A stretch of DNA of 64,000 nt from an uncultured virus (IMG/VR IMGVR_UViG_3300050343_000139) (Duplodnaviria; Heunggongvirae; Uroviricota; Caudoviricetes). The stretch lies in IMG/VR virus record IMGVR_UViG_3300050343_000139. One strand, given 5' to 3'. A program made the translations under genes and the position numbers. Below, piece by piece: positions 1 to 8,585 of the stretch. How positions within the stretch are numbered: the first letter of the stretch is position 1; the number at the start of each line of letters is the position of its first letter. The notes beneath the pieces are model-generated. The model saw only the letters and a list, made by a program, of their open reading frames with translations. It did no database searches and was not told the DNA's origin.

Positions 1-2
1 AG

Positions 3-188
3 TTTGAAGAACAAAAATATTCAACATGGGCTTTAATAAATGCAGTAAGTAATTATGAACAGTGGGTCGCACCAGTTCGTAAAATTACACATGAAGAAAG
101 AATTGCTAATAAAACTATTAATGGAACACAATCTCCAAAGTTAGATACAACATACAAAATGTTGAACTCAATGGAGTTGTTAGTATGA
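3..188 (+). CDS. 3' end of DUF932-like protein (partial)
   Basis: Own translation FEEQKYSTWALINAVSNYEQWVAPVR...ELLV*; the TW-L-NAV--YE-W pattern resembles DUF932 C-termini; the stop overlaps the next ATG. Confidence 0.5.
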   Translation, partial: FEEQKYSTWALINAVSNYEQWVAPVRKITHEERIANKTINGTQSPKLDTTYKMLNSMELLV

Positions 189-517
189 CAAGTAGATGGG
201 ACATTATTAGAGATTTTTCTAGAGCAAACAAGATACCTTTGAATGCTAATACTAGAAATAACGCTACACACATAGCAATGGCTTGTTTAAATGCAGGTCT
301 TTCAGAAGAAGAGACCAAAAAAATAGCTATATCTAGTGCAAATATATTTAAAGAAATGTCTATAGATACAGATTCACAAAGTTTAAAAAGAGAATTTGAT
401 TCTAATGTTTACTTTGATACTGTCATAAGTATATATACATTTTTATTTACAGAAGCTATGTTTGGTGAAAGTCAATTAGCTTCAGATTTAATGAAGAATT
501 ATGGAAATGATGTGTAA
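185..517 (+). CDS. hypothetical protein
   Basis: 110-aa ORF coupled by an ATGA overlap to the upstream gene. Confidence 0.7.
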   Translation: MTSRWDIIRDFSRANKIPLNANTRNNATHIAMACLNAGLSEEETKKIAISSANIFKEMSIDTDSQSLKREFDSNVYFDTVISIYTFLFTEAMFGESQLASDLMKNYGNDV

Positions 518-541
518 CGTTTATGAAGCTTAAGAGTCTAA
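514..541 (+). promoter_or_regulatory. variant of the ECF-type promoter motif (GTAACG-N16-GTCTAA)
   Basis: One mismatch and a 1-nt shorter spacer relative to the three GTAACC-N17-GTCTAA copies; lies upstream of the 637/SSB operon. Confidence 0.4.
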
Positions 542-636
542 AAGGTAACAGTATTAATAGGACTAATAATTTAATCGCAGGTTATAGTCGAGATAATTCG
601 GTCATTTTATTAGTTGGTATAAGGATAAAATAGATT

Positions 637-1185
637 ATGGAAACAAATGGTAATGAAGTAAATTTAGATGTCATACTATCCAAGCAAGATTGGGTAACTG
701 TAGTACAATGGGTCTCCGTAAGGTGGCCCGTAAATTGGTCAGATGATGACATCGTAAGTCTATATGAAGATTATAAAGTGTTCCCCAAAGATGTAGTTTG
801 GAAATCTTTATTTAATTATTTAAATGGAGGGCATGAATTCTTTAACTCTCCTAAGTTTTTTCAGTTGTGTCATGAGACTTGGCTAAGACTTGAAAAAGAA
901 GGCGAAAGCAACAAAGCTTTACCTATGGGTAAAGTTGCTGATGCTAACGCAAATGGCTTACTGCAATTCTTACTAATCAATGGTTACGATAGTGTAAGGC
1001 ATGCTGCTTATGACTTCTCACAACAGAGAGTCAAGAGTGGTAAAGCAGTGGGTAATGAATCAGAGATTATAGACCCAGACGAACCTTGGGAATCAGCACA
1101 GAAATGGTTTGAGTTTCCATGGAACAGAACAGTCGAACAACTAAAAGCAAAATCAGAATCACAGGAGGATTCAAATGGCAAGTAA
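637..1185 (+). CDS. hypothetical protein, possibly a replication (helicase loader/inhibitor-like) protein
   Basis: 182-aa ORF directly before ssb; function guessed only from position and helical N-terminus. Confidence 0.55.
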   Translation: METNGNEVNLDVILSKQDWVTVVQWVSVRWPVNWSDDDIVSLYEDYKVFPKDVVWKSLFNYLNGGHEFFNSPKFFQLCHETWLRLEKEGESNKALPMGKVADANANGLLQFLLINGYDSVRHAAYDFSQQRVKSGKAVGNESEIIDPDEPWESAQKWFEFPWNRTVEQLKAKSESQEDSNGK

Positions 1186-1660
1186 CAATGCAATAACAAT
1201 TACTGGTAACATGATGGAACCAGAAGTAAGAAATACATCAACTGGTAAATCAATAGCTTCAGCTCGCATGGTTGTAAAAACTTATGGAGATAAAGAAGAT
1301 ATGTGGGTAACAGTTAAAATGTGGGAGAATCTAGCAACTAATGTAGCTAACTCATTCCCAACTGGAACAAAAACTATGAGAGTTTCTGTTACAGGCAGAC
1401 TGACAGAAGAAAAATGGACTGACAAAGAAGGCAATGAAAAAACACAGATGACTGTGACTGCTGACAATGTAGCAGTTTGTTTAGACTGGCAGACTGTGAG
1501 TGGTATTCAGTATCAAGGAGAAACAGGTAAAGATAATGTTTCTTATGCAAACAAAACTCAAATGGCGGCAGACATTTTAGGTGCAGCACCTGTTGCAAAG
1601 CCTATGAGTGATGTTAGTACAAATCCTAATACAGGAGAGGTACAGGAAGCACCATTCTAA
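1175..1660 (+). CDS. ssb: single-stranded DNA-binding protein
   Basis: ITITGN...PEVR...W..V..W..LA...V.V.GRL..EKWTDKEG OB-fold pattern; acidic C-terminal tip EAPF. Confidence 0.92.
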   Translation: MASNNAITITGNMMEPEVRNTSTGKSIASARMVVKTYGDKEDMWVTVKMWENLATNVANSFPTGTKTMRVSVTGRLTEEKWTDKEGNEKTQMTVTADNVAVCLDWQTVSGIQYQGETGKDNVSYANKTQMAADILGAAPVAKPMSDVSTNPNTGEVQEAPF

Positions 1661-1980
1661 TGACAATGAGTAGTAAACTTAGTGATTGGCTAGAAGACGA
1701 GGAGCAGATAGATGTTTCAAAGCGTCCTACTGTCTCTACACAAGCAGAAAAGTTTACACATTTTAACCAACAGGAGAAGGTAGAGTATTTATTGCTTACT
1801 TCTCCTGTAGGCGTTTGTCATAATGAATTTATGGCTCATTACATACCAAGATTCGGAGCATTAATATGGAAGCTTCGACATGAAAAAAACTGGATTATTG
1901 ACAAGATAAGATGTAGTCAAGAGGAACACAATCATCAAAGTCCTCAATATTTATATAAATTTATGGGAAGAGAGATATGA
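1660..1980 (+). CDS. hypothetical protein (possible winged HTH)
   Basis: 106 aa, TAATG-coupled to ssb; IPRFGALIWKLR...W.I pattern. Confidence 0.6.
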   Translation: MTMSSKLSDWLEDEEQIDVSKRPTVSTQAEKFTHFNQQEKVEYLLLTSPVGVCHNEFMAHYIPRFGALIWKLRHEKNWIIDKIRCSQEEHNHQSPQYLYKFMGREI

Positions 1981-2139
1981 AATTTTTAGAAGAGATAAAA
2001 AATCGTTACACATCATATAAAGAAATAAGAGCATACGAATTAAAAAAAAGTAAAGAGTTGCTTTGGGTTTCTGAACAAGAAGAGTTAGATAATATTCTTG
2101 GTACGGATTATGCAAAAGACTTAAAGGAAGGAACAAACA

Positions 2140-2337
2140 GTGAGTAATTTATATCAAACTGGTACTAAATCATATAACTCAAGAAAAAGTAAGGTATACG
2201 CAAAAGGTAGATTATGCAAAGATGAATCATGTAATAAAACTCTTAGCATCTATAACAGAAAAGAGTATTGCTATACACATACTCCTATAAGTTATGGAAG
2301 AAACAGAGGATGGAAAGACCCTACTCTGGATTTATAA
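2140..2337 (+). CDS. small zinc-binding protein
   Basis: C-x4-C...LSIYN...C-x2-H motif; GGAAGGA SD before a GTG start. Confidence 0.65.
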   Translation: MSNLYQTGTKSYNSRKSKVYAKGRLCKDESCNKTLSIYNRKEYCYTHTPISYGRNRGWKDPTLDL

Positions 2338-2445
2338 TGAAAAGAATAAGAAAATTTTTATGGTATTTAGTCGACATTACTTATGGATATGAAGCTAGAA
2401 TGAAATGGTTTCGTAATGAAATCAAAAAAAGATTATAAGTAACTA

Positions 2446-2525
2446 GGGCTCGTTATTGGAATAGACTTAAACTTGTATGGTGTACATTGTGTTAGGTAAC
2501 GAGGGTTCGAGTCCCTCCGAGTCCA
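2446..2525 (+). ncRNA. tmRNA-like tRNA-like-domain RNA lacking the mRNA (tag) domain
   Basis: Acceptor stem GGGCTCG/CGAGTCC with G3-U70 and discriminator A; T-arm GAGGG-TTCGAGT-CCCTC; stemless D-loop TTATTGGAATAGAC; only a ~30-nt hairpin between; CCA not encoded. Confidence 0.8.
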
Positions 2526-2557
2526 CTGGTAAGTGATAGAAATATTATTTAAATTAT

Positions 2558-2592
2558 GTAACCTTTTTATAGATTGCATAGTCTAAGTATTG
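2558..2592 (+). promoter_or_regulatory. ECF-sigma-type promoter motif GTAACC-N17-GTCTAAGTATTG
   Basis: Same boxes and spacing at 4627-4661(-) and 10789-10817(-); followed by an SD and ATG at 2607. Confidence 0.7.
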
Positions 2593-2606
2593 TAGGAAGG
2601 AATTTA

Positions 2607-2798
2607 ATGCAAGAAATATACAAATATAAAAATCCCGATAGAAAACAATTAACAAACGACTTAGCAGTGACGTTTCGTTTTGCAGATGATACTGAATTAT
2701 CTGATGCTGAGGCGTATGTAATGTCTTTACTTGTTCAAGTAGGTAAAGAAGTTGAATACAGTTTTGATATGTGGACAACTAGAGAGGAAACAGATTAA
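2607..2798 (+). CDS. hypothetical protein
   Basis: Start re-assigned to ATG 2607 after the AGGAAGG SD. Confidence 0.65.
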   Translation: MQEIYKYKNPDRKQLTNDLAVTFRFADDTELSDAEAYVMSLLVQVGKEVEYSFDMWTTREETD

Positions 2799-2986
2799 TG
2801 AATAAAATAAAACGTAAAGCTAGTGAGCTTTGTCTAACGATATTAGAAAAGTATGACTCACGAGACAGTATTGCAAAAGTAATAATTTATAAAGTGACTA
2901 CAAAAATTTTTAATAAACTTTTTTGGTCTTTAAATAACTACAGTCCTTACGACTATGTAAGAAACGGAGAGGTAGAAGAAGTATGA
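2798..2986 (+). CDS. hypothetical protein
   Basis: Translationally coupled at both ends. Confidence 0.6.
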   Translation: MNKIKRKASELCLTILEKYDSRDSIAKVIIYKVTTKIFNKLFWSLNNYSPYDYVRNGEVEEV

Positions 2987-3684
2987 ACAAACAACGATTA
3001 GTTAAAAGTTTTCAAGAAGACAGAGAATCTTACAAGCACATGACTCAAGAAATGAATGACAATATAGGGGTCTCCCCATCTCCTTTAATTTCTTTTTACA
3101 AAAAAAATAAATCTCAGTCTGATTTAGTAATTATATTTCCAAATGATATGGATAAAGACAAAAAAGAATCACTTTATGCAAGTGGCGCTATGGCTAATAT
3201 AATTTTTGAATTTGACTACCTGTCAATTTTTAGCGACGCTTTTGTACGAAAGTTTGATAAAGATGAAGATGTGCAAAATCTTACTGAGTCTTTATCAGAA
3301 GACATAAACTCTGAAGAGTTGGTAATGGGAATGTTGCTAAATAAAGATGGTATCGTATATTCATCTTTTGATAAGTATGGTCGAGATGATAATGGTAAAC
3401 TACTCTATACTGAATCTAAATTAGAGAAAGATAATAAAAATCAAGGTGGTGTCATGTCAGAAATACTTTTGCATTCATTTAATAGAGGTAGAGAAATTAT
3501 GGATGAAATGAGAAAGGAAGATGATTTTGATTCTAAAATGCTTGTTCAACAAACTTTTGATGCTTTAACTGAATTAGGATTTAAAATAGGAATGAGTCCA
3601 GATTTTAGTAAAAACTTGTTTGAACAAGGTATGATAGATGAAGAGGGTGAATGCAATTGTTCATCTGGAGACTGTAATGACTAA
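2983..3684 (+). CDS. hypothetical acidic protein
   Basis: 233-aa ORF, coupled; C-terminal CNC..C. Confidence 0.75.
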   Translation: MNKQRLVKSFQEDRESYKHMTQEMNDNIGVSPSPLISFYKKNKSQSDLVIIFPNDMDKDKKESLYASGAMANIIFEFDYLSIFSDAFVRKFDKDEDVQNLTESLSEDINSEELVMGMLLNKDGIVYSSFDKYGRDDNGKLLYTESKLEKDNKNQGGVMSEILLHSFNRGREIMDEMRKEDDFDSKMLVQQTFDALTELGFKIGMSPDFSKNLFEQGMIDEEGECNCSSGDCND

Positions 3685-4303
3685 AATACACATTGAGTAC
3701 AGGAACATTAAAGAAATTTCTGGTGCTGATTTAAACCCTAAAGACCATGATATAGGTACTCTTTACAACAGTATTAACAGATTTGGATTTACCAATCCTC
3801 TATTAATTAATAAAGCTACTAATAAATTATTAGCAGGTCATGGTCGATTAATTACGCTTCTACAAATGCAACAAGCAGGAGACCCAGCTCCAGACAGAAT
3901 AGTAGACACAGGTGCGGAATGGCAAGTCCCTGTGTATTTAATAGACATAAAAGATGATGCTGAGGCACAAGCATATTTGATTGCTGACAATAGACTTACT
4001 GAACTTGGCGGTTGGAAGAATGATGAGTTACTAATCTCCTTAAAAGACATAGTTGAAGAAACAGGTAGTCTTGATGGTGTCGGATGGGACTTAGAAGACA
4101 TAGATGACTTAATGCAAACTTTTGATGAGGAAGACGATACAGAAGAAGTAACCGAAGTACCAATCAGAGTTGGTAAATACAAATTTAAAGTTTCTCAAGA
4201 AGCATACGAAGAATGGTGTATTTTAGTACAAAGCCAAGTAGGTAAAGATAAGGAAGATATACTTGACTGGATTACACAACAGCTTGAAATAGAAAGACTA
4301 TAA
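3677..4303 (+). CDS. ParB/Srx-like N-terminal domain protein
   Basis: NPKDHD...SINRFGFTNPLLIN...LAGHGRL...YLIADNRLTELGGW motifs; probable start at MTKIH. Confidence 0.85.
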   Translation: MTKIHIEYRNIKEISGADLNPKDHDIGTLYNSINRFGFTNPLLINKATNKLLAGHGRLITLLQMQQAGDPAPDRIVDTGAEWQVPVYLIDIKDDAEAQAYLIADNRLTELGGWKNDELLISLKDIVEETGSLDGVGWDLEDIDDLMQTFDEEDDTEEVTEVPIRVGKYKFKVSQEAYEEWCILVQSQVGKDKEDILDWITQQLEIERL

Positions 4304-4395
4304 CCAAGTATCCTCTCTATCTTGTTTTATATCACTCCACAAATCTTCCGCGCTAGCAAAAACAATTGCTATGCATATTAATAGTATTACTAACA

Positions 4396-4605
4396 TTATT
4401 TTACCTCTACACTTTCTGTAATTACAAATCCGTCATATTCTTTGTCTACATTACTTGGATTAATCCCATAGTAGAATATGTCATCATCTTCATAACCTTT
4501 AGGTAAGTCGTCAGTATCATCGCCTTCAAAGATTAGGTAATCTTCAAATGGGTAATCTTCCCCTTCGGGCGTATAGTAACCAGATACTCTAAACAATTTA
4601 TACAT
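4396..4605 (-). CDS. small acidic hypothetical protein
   Basis: MYKLFRV... after AGAAAG SD; D/E-rich; directly downstream of the promoter motif. Confidence 0.7.
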   Translation of the reverse strand: MYKLFRVSGYYTPEGEDYPFEDYLIFEGDDTDDLPKGYEDDDIFYYGINPSNVDKEYDGFVITESVEVK

Positions 4606-4626
4606 TTTTACACTTTCTGTTGCTTG

Positions 4627-4661
4627 CAATACTTAGACAGCAGGGTGAGCAAAAAGGTTAC
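4627..4661 (-). promoter_or_regulatory. ECF-sigma-type promoter motif
   Basis: Minus strand GTAACC-TTTTTGCTCACCCTGCT-GTCTAAGTATTG. Confidence 0.7.
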
Positions 4662-4918
4662 ACACTTATTTAATTAATAAGACTATTTAATGTGTAGTGA
4701 TTGAGAGAAGGGAGAAGACACCACAACATATTGTGTTTATTGATGAATGTGTAATTGTTAAGCCAGCCAGGATGGAAGAGTGCAAAATACCTAAACCCTA
4801 TAAAAACTGGCTTGTGTGTAAGTTTTAGCAGATGCCTGACCAGATGGGCATCATAACTCATTTACCAAATCTTTATATAGAAATGAACTAAGGAAACCTC
4901 AACGTTTTCAACCTTTTT

Positions 4919-4997
4919 TGCCTACTTATGCCTTACGTTTTGTCGCCACGAAATCCTTGTCTAGTTATGTAAGCTGGTCTGCCTACTTATGCCTTAC
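4919..4997. repeat. 18-bp direct repeat TGCCTACTTATGCCTTAC (x2)
   Basis: Exact copies at 4919-4936 and 4980-4997. Confidence 0.9.
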
Positions 4998-5006
4998 ATT
5001 ATTAGC

Positions 5007-5055
5007 TTAAGCTATAACAAGCGGTGCACTTTCATACACCGCCTATATAGTTTAA
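5007..5055 (-). other. long RNA hairpin with GAAA tetraloop (processing or termination signal)
   Basis: TTAAACTATATAGGCGGTGTAT-GAAA-GTGCACCGCTTGTTATAGCTTAA; G-U pairs form only on the minus strand. Confidence 0.7.
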
Positions 5056-5056
5056 T

Positions 5057-5176
5057 CTACTTAGCTTTACGTTCTACTTCCCAGAAAAGCAATACACCCA
5101 TAAATATGATGAATGCAAAAGGTAGTAGTAGCGTAAGAAGTACTACAGTTATATAACTAAGTACTAGTTCTTGCAT
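5057..5176 (-). CDS. small membrane protein (39 aa)
   Basis: MQELVLSYITVVLLTLLLPFAFIIFMGVLLFWEVERKAK; TAATG-coupled to the amidoligase. Confidence 0.65.
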   Translation of the reverse strand: MQELVLSYITVVLLTLLLPFAFIIFMGVLLFWEVERKAK

Positions 5177-6285
5177 TAAACCCCTTCCACTACGCTTATC
5201 AATTCGTCGGTTAGAATATTTTCCAAAGCATCAGTATCTTCTTCGTCAAGTACTGGACCTTGAATATTTATTCTATCTCTGTATCTGTCAAGATAACTCT
5301 TAAGATTTGAATACCTGTCACCTTTTGAAACAAGGAACCCAAAGTAATCACTTAGTGATGTTGCTAAGTGCAGCATATCAGAAGCATCGTAATCATTGCT
5401 TGTTATATACTTTACAAACTCAAACGTAGAGTCAGCAAACTCTAGGTTCTTAAGTATTCTATGCTCAAGCATGTTGGCCTTGAAGAACCTTAACTCTAGA
5501 GTAGGTCTGTTCTGATAGTTGACATACTTGTATCTAGTACCACCATGGTCCACTCTATCAATTGCTACCTGTGCTAACTGATGTTTAGCTCCTGTACCAT
5601 ATGATGGTTTTTCGAATCTTGCCCAACTGTTGAACTCACGTTGTCCAATAAGTGTAAGCACGTTTCCGAACTTCTGATGTCTGACACTTGCTGTACCTAA
5701 CATGTCCATGAAGAACATCCATAGATATAGCTGAGCATTTGTGAATGCACCTTTTGGTATGTGTATGTGCATACCTGTAGTGCTTCTTTGATACCCAGCT
5801 AAAGCATCATTGTACTTGTCAAATACATAACCAACACCTTTGTGTACTTCCAATGTCATTGGCTGAGTAACAAACTCCACACCATTATCAAGAGAACTAT
5901 CAGTCTTTGCATATAGCAAGTGTGGTACTAGATTGTTTATCTTCGCTGTTACGTCGTTTGCATAGGTATTCAATCTATGGACGTAATACTTAGAGCCCAT
6001 TGTTTTATTTTGCTCGTAGAGAAATTCTTCTACTCTCTCATCAACATCATAACAATCGTGCCTCTTCTCAAGTTCTAACTCGAAACCCATAGGTACTCCT
6101 TGTGTATCTATGAACTTACTGTTTACTTTTGTCGGAGAGGTCCAGCTTTCTAGCATCTGTTCTCCTCCAACAAAGAAGTAGTCTGGTCTGTAACTATAAC
6201 CGTGAATTGAAGTATCACTGTTATAGGTTAGTTGTCTTTGTATTTGTGCTTTTCTATCTTCACTTAGTCTATTTTCTAATAACAT
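5176..6285 (-). CDS. COOH-NH2 ligase type 2 (amidoligase), paralogue B
   Basis: GFELELE, KTDSSLDNGVEFVTQP, TGMHIHI, RYKYVN, TLELRFF motifs. Confidence 0.85.
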   Translation of the reverse strand: MLLENRLSEDRKAQIQRQLTYNSDTSIHGYSYRPDYFFVGGEQMLESWTSPTKVNSKFIDTQGVPMGFELELEKRHDCYDVDERVEEFLYEQNKTMGSKYYVHRLNTYANDVTAKINNLVPHLLYAKTDSSLDNGVEFVTQPMTLEVHKGVGYVFDKYNDALAGYQRSTTGMHIHIPKGAFTNAQLYLWMFFMDMLGTASVRHQKFGNVLTLIGQREFNSWARFEKPSYGTGAKHQLAQVAIDRVDHGGTRYKYVNYQNRPTLELRFFKANMLEHRILKNLEFADSTFEFVKYITSNDYDASDMLHLATSLSDYFGFLVSKGDRYSNLKSYLDRYRDRINIQGPVLDEEDTDALENILTDELISVVEGV

Positions 6286-6297
6286 ATCGTCCTTTCT

Positions 6298-6669
6298 TTA
6301 TATAGTTACTGCTGATTCAATTTCAAAATCATTAGCATCGTGGTCGTCGTATTCAATATCGTCGTTATAGTCGTCGAATTCCATCTCTCTTGCCATATCT
6401 TCTGCAAGACTTTCAAGGTCATATCTATTTCTAATCTCGTACTCTATATAATTAGCATGCTCGATTATCTCTGATATAGGTAAATCCAAAGACCTGGTCT
6501 CACTGTACATTGCGATACCACTAACTCTTTCAGTTACCCTCACAGTAGTGCCAGTTTCAAAAGGTAAGTTACCTTCATCTATCTGTCTAAAGGTATGACC
6601 ATCTTCGTCGACTGCTATTTCTCTTTCGTCTATCACAAAATTAGGCTTGTTCCAATCTGGTACTGCCAT
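6298..6669 (-). CDS. acidic protein, MAVP-W-N family copy 1
   Basis: Very D/E-rich; N-terminus MAVPDWN. Confidence 0.75.
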   Translation of the reverse strand: MAVPDWNKPNFVIDEREIAVDEDGHTFRQIDEGNLPFETGTTVRVTERVSGIAMYSETRSLDLPISEIIEHANYIEYEIRNRYDLESLAEDMAREMEFDDYNDDIEYDDHDANDFEIESAVTI

Positions 6670-6812
6670 TATTCCTCCTCATCAAATATCTCAACTTCAA
6701 GATTTTCTCCAAAGTTTTGATACATCTTTCTTATTTCGTATAATGCGTTTTGTTCATCATCAGCATAAACAGTTATATCTTTTGATATACTTGCGTAAAA
6801 TAACTTAGGCAT
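6669..6812 (-). CDS. small hypothetical protein (47 aa)
   Basis: MPKLFYASISKDITVYADDEQNA...; TAATG overlaps at both ends. Confidence 0.6.
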   Translation of the reverse strand: MPKLFYASISKDITVYADDEQNALYEIRKMYQNFGENLEVEIFDEEE

Positions 6813-7045
6813 TATTTATCCTCCTTTATAAGTTCTGTCCATCCAGATTGTAAGAACTGAACGTCATCAACTAAACTAGTCGAATAACAATCAGCTGATG
6901 AATCAAGTTCTTCTACTATATCAAGCACTTCGTATTCACCATCTTCAATAACGGCTTCTTTACTTTCTGCTTCTACAAGTACTACACGAACACCTCTAAC
7001 GTCTTCACGGTATTCTTCCTGTACTAGATATCTACTCATAGGCAT
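6812..7045 (-). CDS. small acidic hypothetical protein
   Basis: V.VEAESKE.. motif; coupled. Confidence 0.7.
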   Translation of the reverse strand: MPMSRYLVQEEYREDVRGVRVVLVEAESKEAVIEDGEYEVLDIVEELDSSADCYSTSLVDDVQFLQSGWTELIKEDK

Positions 7046-7187
7046 TATTCATTGTCCTTTCTATCTCTATTCATAAACGATTCGTCTATGACTGAGTCAA
7101 AGGTATCATCGTACCCTTGACTTTTGATATTGTTTATTTTTTGTTCTGCTTTGAACAAGTTTATTAAGTAACCCATTGGGCTCCTTT

Positions 7188-7574
7188 CTATGCTCCCTCG
7201 AGCATGTTGTCTACTTCTTCAGGTGTAACACTTGCACCCTGACTGTTGTATAGATTAATTTCGTTCATGGTTATGTCCTCACTATCGTGGTCGTGAAAGT
7301 TTTCTTCAGTAAGTTCATAGTCGTATACAATACCTTCGTCATATATGTACTGGAGTATTGCATCCTGCATATCAGTGTAGTTTTGAGGGTTGTCATCCGT
7401 ATCCGATTCTATGTCTGGAAATATATCACTTAAAGTTATATCGAGATGACCATGTCTAACGTAGGTAGCTGTACCCTCGTCACGTACTTCAACATTTATT
7501 GTGCCATCTGCTAATAACTTTATTCCTTCTATATCACGTTTTACTAATTCTAAATTCCATTTTGGAACTGCCAT
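7188..7574 (-). CDS. acidic protein, MAVP-W-N family copy 2
   Basis: N-terminus MAVPKWN; GAAAGGA SD. Confidence 0.75.
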   Translation of the reverse strand: MAVPKWNLELVKRDIEGIKLLADGTINVEVRDEGTATYVRHGHLDITLSDIFPDIESDTDDNPQNYTDMQDAILQYIYDEGIVYDYELTEENFHDHDSEDITMNEINLYNSQGASVTPEEVDNMLEGA

Positions 7575-7597
7575 ATTTATATCCTTTCCGCTAGAGA

Positions 7598-8581
7598 CTA
7601 CTTAGAGTCTCTAGCTATTTTATCTACATCGATTCTTACATCGCATGAATCCATTTGCCATTCTTGGTCGTCATACTCTGAACCAAGTCCTAACATTTCT
7701 GTAGCCCAACAGTCACTTAGACACGCTCTTTTTGTGTCTGTACTTACTGCCTCACCACAAGCTAAGCAAACAAAGTCACCTGTTACTGGATTGACTTCCA
7801 TCTCATATTCAATAAGCATGTCTTCTACATCCTTGAACCCAGTGTAATCTAGCATTGCATTGACTGACTCAACAAAGGTCGGGTCAGTATACAGTTCTGG
7901 ATTGACCATGTACCCTTTATCAGTACTACTTGTTAGGTCTAACTGATATCGTGATGAAGACTTGGTCTTTCTTTTAGTTGTCTTGTAGTTTGTTTTGCCA
8001 CCACCGAATACAAAACTCTGCGTTGGTAGGTGATGTGTGTTTGAATACCATACACCATTTTCCCAACTGCCTTGTCGTTCGTTGATTATGTAAGATTCTT
8101 TACGTAACTTAGCATTGGTTGATAGTATTACCAGCTTGTTGAAGCCAATAATCTCACCCAATTGCTCACGGAATCCTTCGTCATCGAACGCCACTGGCTT
8201 CACATACTGCAAATATACTTGGTTAAAGTATCTTGTGTCAGACAAGTCTGACTTAGCAGATGGATGAAAGTGGTTAGGCAATATACCGTTGTGTGCGAAC
8301 ACTGTATGTGGGTCAATCCAAAATGGATGATTGTTATCCATACATACAGAACCGTGAGTCGCAATACGCATGTGGATAAGCATGTCATGATTACCATGCT
8401 TTTTACTTATCACTTTGTATTGTGCTAACAGTTCTTTCTCATCCATAGATTTGAATACCTCAATCTTGTCTGAGTCTGTAATGTAAGCGATACCGCCACC
8501 GTCTGGGTTTCTACTCCACATTTGTTCGAACGTCTTGTCGTCTATTGTTTTTCCTGCAGGAATACTTGCTATTACACACAT
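7598..8581 (-). CDS. class II (Ntn) glutamine amidotransferase
   Basis: True start MCVIA (N-terminal Cys) after AGAAAGGA; NPDGGG, HMRIATHG, NNHPF, HNGIL, SDT motifs; C-terminal CxxC..CxxxC. Confidence 0.9.
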   Translation of the reverse strand: MCVIASIPAGKTIDDKTFEQMWSRNPDGGGIAYITDSDKIEVFKSMDEKELLAQYKVISKKHGNHDMLIHMRIATHGSVCMDNNHPFWIDPHTVFAHNGILPNHFHPSAKSDLSDTRYFNQVYLQYVKPVAFDDEGFREQLGEIIGFNKLVILSTNAKLRKESYIINERQGSWENGVWYSNTHHLPTQSFVFGGGKTNYKTTKRKTKSSSRYQLDLTSSTDKGYMVNPELYTDPTFVESVNAMLDYTGFKDVEDMLIEYEMEVNPVTGDFVCLACGEAVSTDTKRACLSDCWATEMLGLGSEYDDQEWQMDSCDVRIDVDKIARDSK

Positions 8582-8585
8582 ATTA

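Noticed and set aside
2446..2525. Ordinary tRNA gene
   Set aside because: No D-stem with an adequate loop and no 5-bp stem with 7-nt anticodon loop; features match the tmRNA tRNA-like domain instead.
4919..4997. Mini CRISPR array
   Set aside because: Only two 18-bp repeats, shorter than CRISPR repeats, and no cas genes in the window.
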